From Candidatus Berkelbacteria bacterium (GTDB taxonomy: Bacteria; Patescibacteriota; UBA1384; 2-12-FULL-50-11), in contig CP066697.1 of assembly GCA_016432625.1 (NCBI GenBank), positions 586,561 to 650,560 on the forward strand: a DNA stretch of 64,000 nucleotides, in the 5' to 3' direction. The position numbers and the translations under genes are program-made. Below the pieces are notes generated by a model. The model worked only from the letters and a program-made list of their open reading frames with translations. It had not been told where the DNA came from and ran no database searches. Positions 31,025 through 41,257 of this stretch are shown here, piece after piece. Within the stretch, counting starts at the first letter, position 1. The number at the start of each line of letters is the position of its first letter.

Positions 31025-32407
31025 GTGGAGGGAAGTATTAAACGCCGTCGAGGATTCACCTTAATCGAGATATTAATCGATGCGCTTGTCATCACGATAG
31101 TTTTTGGGGCGCTTGCAGGGAGTCTGATCTTTGTTATCAAGAGCGTTAACAGTGGCAAACTTCGTACTGCAGCCGCCACTCTTGCCAACGAGCAGGTTGA
31201 ATATTTGCGTAACCTCCCTTACGACTCACTCTCGACCCAGAACGGCACCATCCTGCCACAGGGCAATATTCCCGATCAACAAACTCTAACCAGAAGTGGC
31301 AACTCGTTTGATTTGAAAACAACTATCATCTTTATCGACGATGTTTTTGATGGCTGCGCTATCCCCTTTGACGTTAATCTTTACCAGTGTACCGACGGCG
31401 GTACGTCTGCAACTTTTGACGTTGTGCCAGTAGACTATAAGCGGCTTACTGTCGAAGCGATGAAGGTTGGGGATCCGACAACCAAGACAACTCTTTCTAG
31501 TAATATCGCCGCGAAAGCGGCTGAAACACCCAGCAACACCGGCATGTTGCTTGTAAAAGTGATCAATGCCCTTGGTCAGCCGGTTGAAGGGGCGACGGTT
31601 ACAGTAACAAACGACGTTACCTTGGTGGATTTGCAGGGTCTTACTAACGCCCAAGGATACGTGTTCGTCGCCAACTTACCTCCCGACAACCAGAACGGCT
31701 ATCACATCGTCGCGACTAAGGACGGTTTCTCCACCGACTTCACCACCGATCGAACGGCGCAAAACCCCAACCAGCTTCAGCCAGACGTCGATATTAATGT
31801 CCAGCAGGTTACCGTTCAAACGCTAGCAATCGATCTGCTAGCAACGGCAACTCTTAACGTAGTGAACGAGCTCGGAGCGCCGCTCTCGGGAGTTGAGGTC
31901 ACCGCAACCAGTAATAAACTGCTATATACCAACCCGGACACGCCAAAGAACGTCTATGTCCAATCGAGTAACGGAACTGGCGTGGCGGTGTTCGCTAACA
32001 TCGAGTGGGACAGCTACAGCTTCACCGTCGCAAGCAGTTACCATGTCATCAGCACTAGTCCATACCAAAAGGTCGCGATCAATCCTGGTATCAATACCAA
32101 TGTCACATTAGCCCTTACTACCGACCCGAACTGGCCGCGCATTGATAGCGTCAGTCCCACTTCTGGAGTAGCCGGCGATACAGTGGTGGTTGCTATTGAA
32201 GGTGATAACTATGGCGGCAACGCTACGGTGATCCTGCGTCAAGCCGGGCAAGCCGACATTGTCCCAACAGTAATTGACGTCAACCCCAACCAAAAATCTC
32301 TCAATGCTACTTTCAACTTAACGGGCGCGGCGAGCGGCGCCTGGGACATTGTTCTTACCTCCAACAACCAAATCGTGACACAGCAGGGAGGTTTTACGAT
32401 CTCATGA
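31025..32407 (+). CDS. Large prepilin-type protein with carboxypeptidase-regulatory-like and IPT/TIG-like beta domains
   Basis: RRGFTLIE class III signal; GQPVEGATVTV..TNAQG; PRIDSVSPTSG. Confidence 0.85.
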   Translation: MEGSIKRRRGFTLIEILIDALVITIVFGALAGSLIFVIKSVNSGKLRTAAATLANEQVEYLRNLPYDSLSTQNGTILPQGNIPDQQTLTRSGNSFDLKTTIIFIDDVFDGCAIPFDVNLYQCTDGGTSATFDVVPVDYKRLTVEAMKVGDPTTKTTLSSNIAAKAAETPSNTGMLLVKVINALGQPVEGATVTVTNDVTLVDLQGLTNAQGYVFVANLPPDNQNGYHIVATKDGFSTDFTTDRTAQNPNQLQPDVDINVQQVTVQTLAIDLLATATLNVVNELGAPLSGVEVTATSNKLLYTNPDTPKNVYVQSSNGTGVAVFANIEWDSYSFTVASSYHVISTSPYQKVAINPGINTNVTLALTTDPNWPRIDSVSPTSGVAGDTVVVAIEGDNYGGNATVILRQAGQADIVPTVIDVNPNQKSLNATFNLTGAASGAWDIVLTSNNQIVTQQGGFTIS

Positions 32408-32991
32408 GACTACGCAAGCAAAAGGCATTTTCGCTCGTCGAGATGATCATCGCGATAAGTATTATCGCGCTTTTCGGTGGGCTTGTAGCGACAAATATTA
32501 TCCAAACCTACCGCAACCATCAGATTGCCGAAGCGCAGTCGATTACCCAGCGCGACTTAAACCTTATGATCGACCGAGTTAGTCGGGTTTTGCGTAGCAC
32601 GACACTGATTCTTGAGACAACAGAAACCGGTCTGAAAGTACGGGGTTATCCTAAAGTTAACGATCCGGCGCCAAGTGAGATCTACTTCTATATCGAGAAT
32701 AGCGCCCTCAAATACTCCGTCATCCCCCCTACTGGCACAGCCCCCAATTATACCTACGACCCGAACGACGCCCAGTATTTCACGTTACTGCCCAAGGTCA
32801 CTAACTCTGTCGCTAATCCGCTATGGCGTTATTACGACGAAAATAGTGATCTCCTTGCTTTCCCGGTCAATAAAGCCGATGTCCGAATCGTTGAGACGCT
32901 ACCCTTTGCGCTCGACTCGGGTAACGCTCTGAGCGCGCCAATTGGGATTTCAACTAAAATAGCTCTGAGGAACTTTAAAACAAATCTTTAA
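32404..32991 (+). CDS. Minor pilin (PilW/PulJ-like)
   Basis: KAFSLVEMIIA prepilin motif; ends LRN. Confidence 0.85.
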   Translation: MRLRKQKAFSLVEMIIAISIIALFGGLVATNIIQTYRNHQIAEAQSITQRDLNLMIDRVSRVLRSTTLILETTETGLKVRGYPKVNDPAPSEIYFYIENSALKYSVIPPTGTAPNYTYDPNDAQYFTLLPKVTNSVANPLWRYYDENSDLLAFPVNKADVRIVETLPFALDSGNALSAPIGISTKIALRNFKTNL

Positions 32992-34407
32992 ATGACTATA
33001 AGACGTGGCTACAAGAAAGGTTTTGTCTTACCACTGGTGCTGGGCTTTGCTGCAGTGGTTCTAATTATCACTAGCGCCCTGCTCTCGCTGACGGCCAACA
33101 ATTATAATGTCGTCAAAAAGCAGTCCAACTCCAATTCCGCCCTTAGCGTTGCCGAAGCCGGCATTAATTACTATCTCTGGCACTTATCCCATAACAACCA
33201 AGACTATTGTGACGGTAACTCTTGCGCTGGAAACGGGCCGTTCGGGCCTTATACCCACCAGTACTTCGACACTGCCGGCCAATCGGCCGGTAGTTACGAC
33301 ATCACGATTACTCCGCCGAGTGGCAACAGCACCTCGGTCACCGTAAGATCCGAAGGGACGTCAGTCAGCGGCGAGAAGCGAACGGTTTTGGCAACTTTGG
33401 GCGTTCCGTCTTTCGCACAGTATTCTTTCGTTACAAACTCTGAGGCCTGGTTCGGCGATACTGAATCGACGAATGGTTTAGTACACTCCAATCGTGGCAT
33501 TCACTACGACGGCACGGCCAACGGCGTAGTTGCCTCAGCGGTCGAAACGTACCAGCCGAGCTCGTGCTTTGGTGGTGACGGAAGTACCCATGATGGCGTT
33601 TGGGGAACTGGTGGGCCGCAAGGATACTGGAATTTCCCCGTACCGCTAGTTGATTTCAACCAGTTAACAAGCGACTTGGGTGATCTTCAGATCGCCGCGC
33701 AGGCTAACGGTATCCACTTACCAACACTGCTCGACGGACAAGGACGTAAGACGCACAGCGGTTATGCCATTCGTCTTAACGCCGACAGCACTATAACTGT
33801 CGGTAAAGTTACGGCTCAGCGCGATAACGGCGGAACCGGGGGTACCTGCGTCAATCACCCGCGTTATAATTCTTTGATGCAAAATATCGCCTGGGAGAGC
33901 ACCAACCGAAATTTACCGCCAAACGGCATAATTTTTGTGGCTGACAACGCTTGGGTTTGGGGCACGGTGACAAGTAGATTGACGATCGCTTCTGGGCGGT
34001 TGCCCGATAACAATTCGACAAACACTAATATCTTCCTGCAAAACGATATCAGCTACACCGTTAAGGACGGCTCCGTCGCCTTGGGCCTAATTAGTCAGGC
34101 AGATCTGGTGCTTAACTCAAGTTCGGAGGACGACTTGGTGATTGACGCTTATTTATTGAGTCAAAAAGGCAAAGTTTTCCGTCCGTATTATCCAGGTAAC
34201 ACCAAGACAATAATCAGCGTCTACGGCGGTATCGCTTCCAACTCGTGGTGGACCTGGAGTTGGGTAAACGGCAGTAACCAAGTGATCTCAGGCTACGGAA
34301 CGACGGTACAGACTTACGATACATATCTGGCCCTTAACCCCCCGCCTCAGTTTCCGACTACAGGCTCGTTTGCGATCCTAAGTTGGAAGGAAGAGCCGAT
34401 TCTGTGA
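32992..34407 (+). CDS. PilX/PulK-like minor pilin with large C-terminal domain
   Basis: KGFVLPLVL (no E5), A...AEAGI, C-terminal YD..L..NPPP.FP...SWKE. Confidence 0.8.
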   Translation: MTIRRGYKKGFVLPLVLGFAAVVLIITSALLSLTANNYNVVKKQSNSNSALSVAEAGINYYLWHLSHNNQDYCDGNSCAGNGPFGPYTHQYFDTAGQSAGSYDITITPPSGNSTSVTVRSEGTSVSGEKRTVLATLGVPSFAQYSFVTNSEAWFGDTESTNGLVHSNRGIHYDGTANGVVASAVETYQPSSCFGGDGSTHDGVWGTGGPQGYWNFPVPLVDFNQLTSDLGDLQIAAQANGIHLPTLLDGQGRKTHSGYAIRLNADSTITVGKVTAQRDNGGTGGTCVNHPRYNSLMQNIAWESTNRNLPPNGIIFVADNAWVWGTVTSRLTIASGRLPDNNSTNTNIFLQNDISYTVKDGSVALGLISQADLVLNSSSEDDLVIDAYLLSQKGKVFRPYYPGNTKTIISVYGGIASNSWWTWSWVNGSNQVISGYGTTVQTYDTYLALNPPPQFPTTGSFAILSWKEEPIL

Positions 34408-34410
34408 TGG

Positions 34411-35733
34411 CTAAACGTTCTTAACTTCGACGATGTCGGCCCCAAGCGACTGGAGCTTGGCAACGAGATGCTCGTAGCCACGCTGTAGAACTGCGAAATT
34501 ATGAATAGTGGTCTCTCCCTCAGCGATTAGCGCCGCAACAATGTAAGAGAAACCGGCTCGTAGATCGGGAACTGTTATTTCCGCGCCGTGTAGGGCAGTT
34601 GGCCCCTTTACGCGCGCACTTTGTCGGTAGTTACGCTTACCAAATTTAGAATGTATTGATTCAACCGGCTCCTCGATAACCTCAATATCAGCGCCCATGC
34701 TGTTGAGAGCGTCAATATAGCCAAAACGGCTTTGGTAAACAGTTTCCCTGACTATAGAAATGCCCTTAGCCTGAGTGAGAACAATTACCAGCGGCTGTTG
34801 CCAGTCAGTCATGAAGCCTGGGTGAACATCTGTTTCGACGGTAATGGGCGTCAGCTCGTGATTGCTACGATAAAAAGTAATGCCGTCTCGGCTGACGTCA
34901 AACCCGCCACCAATCTGGTGGTATTTGTTGAGGAACGTCATCATATCGAGCTGGTTGGCGTTCCGGACAAAGATCTTGCCGTTTGTGCCAAGGGCCGCGC
35001 ACGCCCATGAGGCTGCCTCGATTCGGTCGGGCATACCGCTATGAGTCGTGCCGTGCAAAAGTTTAACCCCTTCGATTGTAATCGTTCGATCGGTGTCCAC
35101 GGAGATAACCGCACCCATTTTCTGCAAGAAGGCGATGAGATCCAAAATTTCCGGTTCAACAGCAGCATTATGAATAGTCGTCGTCCCCTCTGCTAAAACG
35201 CTCGCGAGCAGAACTTGTTCCGTGGCTCCAACACTTGGGTACTCAAGCTCAATCTCCGCACCGCGTAATTTACTAGTTTTAAACCAAGCCCGGCCGTTCT
35301 TTTCTTCGTAGATCGCCCCCAACTCTTTTAAAGCATTTATGTGAAAATCAACCGGTCGTGGGCCGATATCGCAACCACCGACTTTAGCGACAATCGCATG
35401 ACGAAAACGCGTGAGCAATGGGCCACACATCAGAATTGGGATTCGACTACGCCCGGTGATATCTTCGATATCTTGCTCTTTGAGCGCCCGCATGCCTTGA
35501 GCAGTGATCTGCAACGTCCCAGGCCGAACTTCTTCCACTTTAACGCCAAGCCGACGAAACAGCGTAGTCATAATTTCGACGTCTTCAATCGAGGGAACGT
35601 CGCGAATAATACACGGCTCATCCGTCAAAAGCGCCGCCACCATGTTCTTAGGCACAGCGTTTTTCGCGCCACGTAAGGCTATCTCGCCAACGAGCGGTTT
35701 ACCGCCGCGAAGGCGAATATAACTATCGGCCAT
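34411..35733 (-). CDS. murA: UDP-N-acetylglucosamine 1-carboxyvinyltransferase
   Basis: GAKNA, GGCDIGPRPVDFH, SVGATE, PDRIEA, PGFMTD, PDLRAG, RGYE. Confidence 0.96.
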   Translation of the reverse strand: MADSYIRLRGGKPLVGEIALRGAKNAVPKNMVAALLTDEPCIIRDVPSIEDVEIMTTLFRRLGVKVEEVRPGTLQITAQGMRALKEQDIEDITGRSRIPILMCGPLLTRFRHAIVAKVGGCDIGPRPVDFHINALKELGAIYEEKNGRAWFKTSKLRGAEIELEYPSVGATEQVLLASVLAEGTTTIHNAAVEPEILDLIAFLQKMGAVISVDTDRTITIEGVKLLHGTTHSGMPDRIEAASWACAALGTNGKIFVRNANQLDMMTFLNKYHQIGGGFDVSRDGITFYRSNHELTPITVETDVHPGFMTDWQQPLVIVLTQAKGISIVRETVYQSRFGYIDALNSMGADIEVIEEPVESIHSKFGKRNYRQSARVKGPTALHGAEITVPDLRAGFSYIVAALIAEGETTIHNFAVLQRGYEHLVAKLQSLGADIVEVKNV

Positions 35734-35813
35734 GAATAGTCGCGAGGGAAGGTGTTCGATGAGTTAGTCGCATCTTGGCCCTATCGTAGCATGTCCTGTC
35801 AATCAGGAGGAAC

Positions 35814-36245
35814 CTAAGCGGGTGGGTTGGTCGCTGCTTGCTCTTTCGGCTTGTCAGTTTTTGAGCCGGTCACAAGTAGGTTTTTGACTTTCTCGATTAC
35901 CTCGCCAGGCATCATCTCGGACTTAACGATGTAGTCGTCAGCACCACGAGTGATACTCTCCATCTTTTCTCGGTCTTGGATGAGAGCGGTTAAAACAATA
36001 ACGGGGATACTTCTTGTCTCGTCCTGTTCTTTGAGTTTTTTCAAGACATCGAGCCCGTTAATTTTCGGCATCATGATGTCCAGCAGAATGATATTTGGCT
36101 TCAACTCTGTGGCCATCGATAACGCTTCTTCGCCGTCCTTAGCCATCTCTACCGAAAAGCCTTCAGCCTTGAGGCGCTCCGAGTACATCTCGCGCAAGGT
36201 TAGGTCGTCGTCAACCAAAAGTATACTTTTGAATGAATCAGCCAT
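35814..36245 (-). CDS. Single-domain response regulator (receiver)
   Basis: LLVDDD, LLDIMMP, VLTA, GADDYIVKS. Confidence 0.93.
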   Translation of the reverse strand: MADSFKSILLVDDDLTLREMYSERLKAEGFSVEMAKDGEEALSMATELKPNIILLDIMMPKINGLDVLKKLKEQDETRSIPVIVLTALIQDREKMESITRGADDYIVKSEMMPGEVIEKVKNLLVTGSKTDKPKEQAATNPPA

Positions 36246-36296
36246 TACTTTTTCAGCTTAGCACTCTGTTAAATAGGTGGCAACAACTCAAAACTC

Positions 36297-38585
36297 TTAG
36301 TGCCCCTTCTCGGTTGATGCCGTGACCAATGCGGGCGGTTTCTTATCTTGCAGCTCCACTCGGGGCGCTGAGAGCGGTCCCTCCAGGATAGCGCCGTCGA
36401 TTTTCTCCGGCGGCTCAGTCAACACCGGCAGTTCGAAGATAAAGTCGCTCCCCTTACCCTCCTCCGACTCCACCCAGATGCGGCCCTTGTGCAATTCGAC
36501 AAAATTCTTACTGATGTACAGACCTAGGCCAGTACCTTTCTGCTCATCAATTTCGCGTTTGACTTGGGAGAACTTCTGGAACAGTTTCTTCTGGCCGTCT
36601 GCGGATATGCCGCGGCCGGTATCGATAACGTCAAAGCGAAGCTTGCCGGCATCGGCACCGATTTTCATGACAATGCCACCTTTTTCGGTGTATTTAATCG
36701 AGTTGCCGACTAAGTTGACGATAACCTCGCGGATTCGGTCGGGATCGCACCAAGTTTCTGGGACAGCCTTTTTGTCGGCTTCGAGTTTTATCGTCAGTTT
36801 CTTGGCGTCAACCTTTACCTGCAGCTCGTGTAGGACAGACTCGGCCAGGTCGTAAAGATTGGTCTTGGCAAATTTCATCTTGACGCGACCCTGTTCAATA
36901 CGGGAGACGTTCAGGAGGTCAAGAATCAGTTCGGCGAGACGTTTTGAGGAGTCGTAGGCGCGGTGCAAGTAGACGCTAGCCTTCTTATCAACCTTACCCA
37001 TGTGCTCATCCAGAATCATCGAGAGGTAGCCTTCAACGGCGGCGAGTGGGGTATTGAGCTCGTGAGAAGCCATGGAGATGAACTCGTCCTTGAGCTTATC
37101 GAGGTCAGCCAGGTATTCATTGGCGCTCTTTAACTGCTCAAAGGCGTAAGCCCGTTGGATCGCCAGCGAGGTCTCGTCGGCGATTGCCGTTGCCATATCG
37201 ACGTCGCGCTCTTCAAGCTGCTCCTTGGGCACGCGATAGGCAAACAGCATCACGCCTAGCGGTTCCTTGCCGGCAAACAGCGGCACTGCCAAGACGTATT
37301 TTAGGCCCGTTAAGGTCTGAATCGTCGCCGCAACAGGTTTGCCAATTGGCGGAGAGATGAAGTCACTGAGACGAGTGGATTCCTTGAGCTGGTGTTCAAT
37401 CAGGGCGTTATGCAGCATGTTGAAGTCTTTCTTAATCGGATAGCTATACCGGTCAAGGTCGCTACCGACAAGGCTGTATATCTTCTTTGTGAATTCGTTA
37501 GAGGAGATGGCGTAGGCGGCTAAATGACCTCCTTTTACCAGGTTTAGGAGCGCACCGTTGCAGTTGTCGAATTGTTTGGGAATCTCATCGAGGATTGCCT
37601 GCAGCATTGGCCTCATTTCATTCTGGTTAAGCACCATCTTTGAGACCTTCTGCAACGCCGCTAGGTTTTTATTCCGCTGCTCCAGTTCCTTTAGAGTCTC
37701 AGTTTTCTCCGCCGCCAGCTGTTCGATCTCCTTCCTTCTGGCAATTTCCCGTGAAACGTTACGAACTAGGGAGTAGCTCCCTATGGCTACTAACACAGTG
37801 ACTAAGGACTTTAGGAGTAGCTCCCCTGCTGACCTAGAGAGGAAGATTTGAGTCAGGAGCACAATATTTAGCCCTAATGCCACCACAGCCGTCACGACTG
37901 CCCTGATATCGAAAAGTCGATGCGCTACTATCGAATATGCAGTCCCCAACACGAATAGAATGGAAGAATAATTTCCGACCTTATAATAACGGTCTGAACC
38001 AACAATAGGACGTACGACGTAATAAACTATGAGATTTACTGCGACTACTGCCGTGATACCCAGGAAAAAGATCTGCAACTGACTCTTTTCTTGGCCTTGA
38101 GCTTCTTTGTATTTAATCAGGAAATGATAAATCGAGGCAACGAAGACAACGAACAGGAAGGTTAGAAGAAGGTAGTATCCCTGCCCAGTAATTAGCTCGC
38201 TCCCGAACTCTTTGAAAGTGACTCCACTAACAACGAGATTGGAAAACAATGATATTGCTGCAAGGAGGGCGCCCAGGAAATATGCGAGTTTTGTCGTTAA
38301 CCCATTGTGTTTATGGGAGTGCGGAAAAATAAAAGAGAAGTGAAGTAGTATCGGCCCAAGAAACGCCAGGGAAACAAAAACAAGACGGTTGAAGAGTAGT
38401 GATAGAGATTCTTGGCGAAAATAGTCAGATAAAAATGCAAAAGTTATCCAGCCGAGAATGGTTGTTACTAGGGTGGCAAAGACCAGATTTGAATTCTTTT
38501 TCCTGTCTTGTGCGATGACCGCAATAGTGATTGTGATACCCACAAGATCGATGAGCGGAACGATAAAGTTATCGAGGTATTGCAT
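36297..38585 (-). CDS. Sensor histidine kinase (N-terminal 7TM-type sensor, GAF, HisKA, HATPase)
   Basis: Multi-TM N-terminus; GAF (LAVPL...LGVM); SHELNTPL; NLVGNSIKY; DTGRG; GTGLGL. Confidence 0.93.
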   Translation of the reverse strand: MQYLDNFIVPLIDLVGITITIAVIAQDRKKNSNLVFATLVTTILGWITFAFLSDYFRQESLSLLFNRLVFVSLAFLGPILLHFSFIFPHSHKHNGLTTKLAYFLGALLAAISLFSNLVVSGVTFKEFGSELITGQGYYLLLTFLFVVFVASIYHFLIKYKEAQGQEKSQLQIFFLGITAVVAVNLIVYYVVRPIVGSDRYYKVGNYSSILFVLGTAYSIVAHRLFDIRAVVTAVVALGLNIVLLTQIFLSRSAGELLLKSLVTVLVAIGSYSLVRNVSREIARRKEIEQLAAEKTETLKELEQRNKNLAALQKVSKMVLNQNEMRPMLQAILDEIPKQFDNCNGALLNLVKGGHLAAYAISSNEFTKKIYSLVGSDLDRYSYPIKKDFNMLHNALIEHQLKESTRLSDFISPPIGKPVAATIQTLTGLKYVLAVPLFAGKEPLGVMLFAYRVPKEQLEERDVDMATAIADETSLAIQRAYAFEQLKSANEYLADLDKLKDEFISMASHELNTPLAAVEGYLSMILDEHMGKVDKKASVYLHRAYDSSKRLAELILDLLNVSRIEQGRVKMKFAKTNLYDLAESVLHELQVKVDAKKLTIKLEADKKAVPETWCDPDRIREVIVNLVGNSIKYTEKGGIVMKIGADAGKLRFDVIDTGRGISADGQKKLFQKFSQVKREIDEQKGTGLGLYISKNFVELHKGRIWVESEEGKGSDFIFELPVLTEPPEKIDGAILEGPLSAPRVELQDKKPPALVTASTEKGH

Positions 38586-39367
38586 TACTCCCCGGCCAGA
38601 TGAAGAATGTGCGGATCGAAGCTTATAAAGTCCGGCGCCTTTTTCACTGGCAAGCCAAGAACGAGACGCTTTATTGCAATTACCGACAATGCGGCAGTAG
38701 AGTAAGCAGCACTAGCTGGCTGTGGGATATTATCTAGCCTGCCCTCTATTACATCGTTTAGAACTGGGCTCAGGTACTCGGGGATTATTCCAGTGTAATA
38801 GGCCATGAACTTGTCTCTAAGTCCCGAGTCATTTCCCCGCTCGCTCTCTGTAATCTCAAGCATCTCTTCCAGAGACTTACTATCCTTTGTAAAGATAAAA
38901 ATGCCTCCGCCCCAGCCAATATCAACTGGATATACCACGGGGAGTCCCATCTTTTTGCATTGTCGGTGCAGCTCTACGACAGCCATAGGAGACTCTAGAG
39001 GGTCTATAGCATCTACGACCACATCGATACCTTCAAGGGCGGCTGAAATATTAGAGCTGTCTAAAAAACTACCTATTTCTTTAACGTGAATGCGCCTATT
39101 GAGCTTCTTGAGTCTTCTAGCTAAAGCCTCGACTTTTGGCTGCCCGAGATCATCGGAACTGTACTCCTGGCGATTAAGATTGCTCTCCTCCACTACGTCA
39201 CCATCAGCTAGTACGATGTGGTGGAAACCGGTTCTGGCTACCCCCACCGCGATGACCGATCCGATTCCACATCCAGCAATGAGTACGGTCTTCCCTGCTA
39301 GTTCATGGTACTGTTTCTCTGAAAGAAGACCCAGGTTCCTACTTAGAAATGCCTTATTAACCTCCAT
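38585..39367 (-). CDS. ThiF/MoeB/E1-like adenylyltransferase
   Basis: IAGCGIGS, ADGDVVEESNLNRQ, GQPKVEAL, VVDAID. Confidence 0.9.
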   Translation of the reverse strand: MEVNKAFLSRNLGLLSEKQYHELAGKTVLIAGCGIGSVIAVGVARTGFHHIVLADGDVVEESNLNRQEYSSDDLGQPKVEALARRLKKLNRRIHVKEIGSFLDSSNISAALEGIDVVVDAIDPLESPMAVVELHRQCKKMGLPVVYPVDIGWGGGIFIFTKDSKSLEEMLEITESERGNDSGLRDKFMAYYTGIIPEYLSPVLNDVIEGRLDNIPQPASAAYSTAALSVIAIKRLVLGLPVKKAPDFISFDPHILHLAGE

Positions 39368-39383
39368 TGAATACAGTATACAT

Positions 39384-39929
39384 TCACAGCTTTAGACGGA
39401 CAGGATAGTTCATAGTATTCATGTATTCGTTCGAAGGAGAGCCAATCTCCACGAAGTCATATCCCCTCTTCTTCAGGCTTTTAAGTAACCAGTCCTCTAC
39501 AACAGCGTAAATATTCTTGACGTCATTCTCTTTGACAATCTTTAATATTTCTTCAGCCAGTAAACGAAAAATTTCTCGTCGTGTCTCTTGCTTGCGACGG
39601 TACGCTTTAGCGATCATAAAACGCGAGACTTCACAAGAATGGCCCATATCTTTTTCTTCGGGCAGTTCGAAATGCTCGAAAATCGGCAACGCTTTTTCCG
39701 CGGGCAGTATAACCCTAGCGTAGCCAGCTAGGCGTCGCCCAATCAGTACAACTACGTGAATGGACTGCCCATCGTACTCATCGGACTCTCGACGGTGCTG
39801 GTATTTATCGCTTTCAAGAAAGCCCTTCTCTTCCACGTAAACCCGGTAACGAAGTTCCGCAATCTTCGGAAACAAATCATCGTTGACAAGTATTCTCTCT
39901 ACGTGTGGCCGAGCCCTGAGTAATAACAT
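39384..39929 (-). CDS. GNAT-fold N-acyl synthase (FeeM/LuxI-like)
   Basis: LRYRVYVEEKGF, ESDEYD..SIH, GYARVI, LPI, EVSRF. Confidence 0.82.
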   Translation of the reverse strand: MLLLRARPHVERILVNDDLFPKIAELRYRVYVEEKGFLESDKYQHRRESDEYDGQSIHVVVLIGRRLAGYARVILPAEKALPIFEHFELPEEKDMGHSCEVSRFMIAKAYRRKQETRREIFRLLAEEILKIVKENDVKNIYAVVEDWLLKSLKKRGYDFVEIGSPSNEYMNTMNYPVRLKL

Positions 39930-40112
39930 TCAGCAAAGAGTATACCGCCTAAACGTGCTTATTAAATGGCCGAGCATGCGTTCATTCTAGCTCATATCAG
40001 TTTTTTGCTAAACTACCCCGGGCTCGTCGACTTATAGGTCGATCAGTTCCTAGCGACTTCTCAATACCCGACGAAAATAGTCGCGGGAGTTTCATAATCG
40101 GAGGTAATTGAG

Positions 40113-40141
40113 TTGCTTTTCCTCGAAGCCAGCCTTATAAT
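40113..40141 (+). promoter_or_regulatory. Sigma70-type promoter of the trpS operon
   Basis: TTGCTT-17 nt-TATAAT. Confidence 0.75.
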
Positions 40142-40226
40142 GCGCTCAACAACGAGACATCTCGCTGTTGATGAGGTTCTTTAACAAAAAGGATATCATT
40201 GCAGTAGAAGTCTCGTGGAGAAGTAA

Positions 40227-41246
<1,020 letters not shown>

Positions 41247-41257
41247 AGGAGGTCGTC

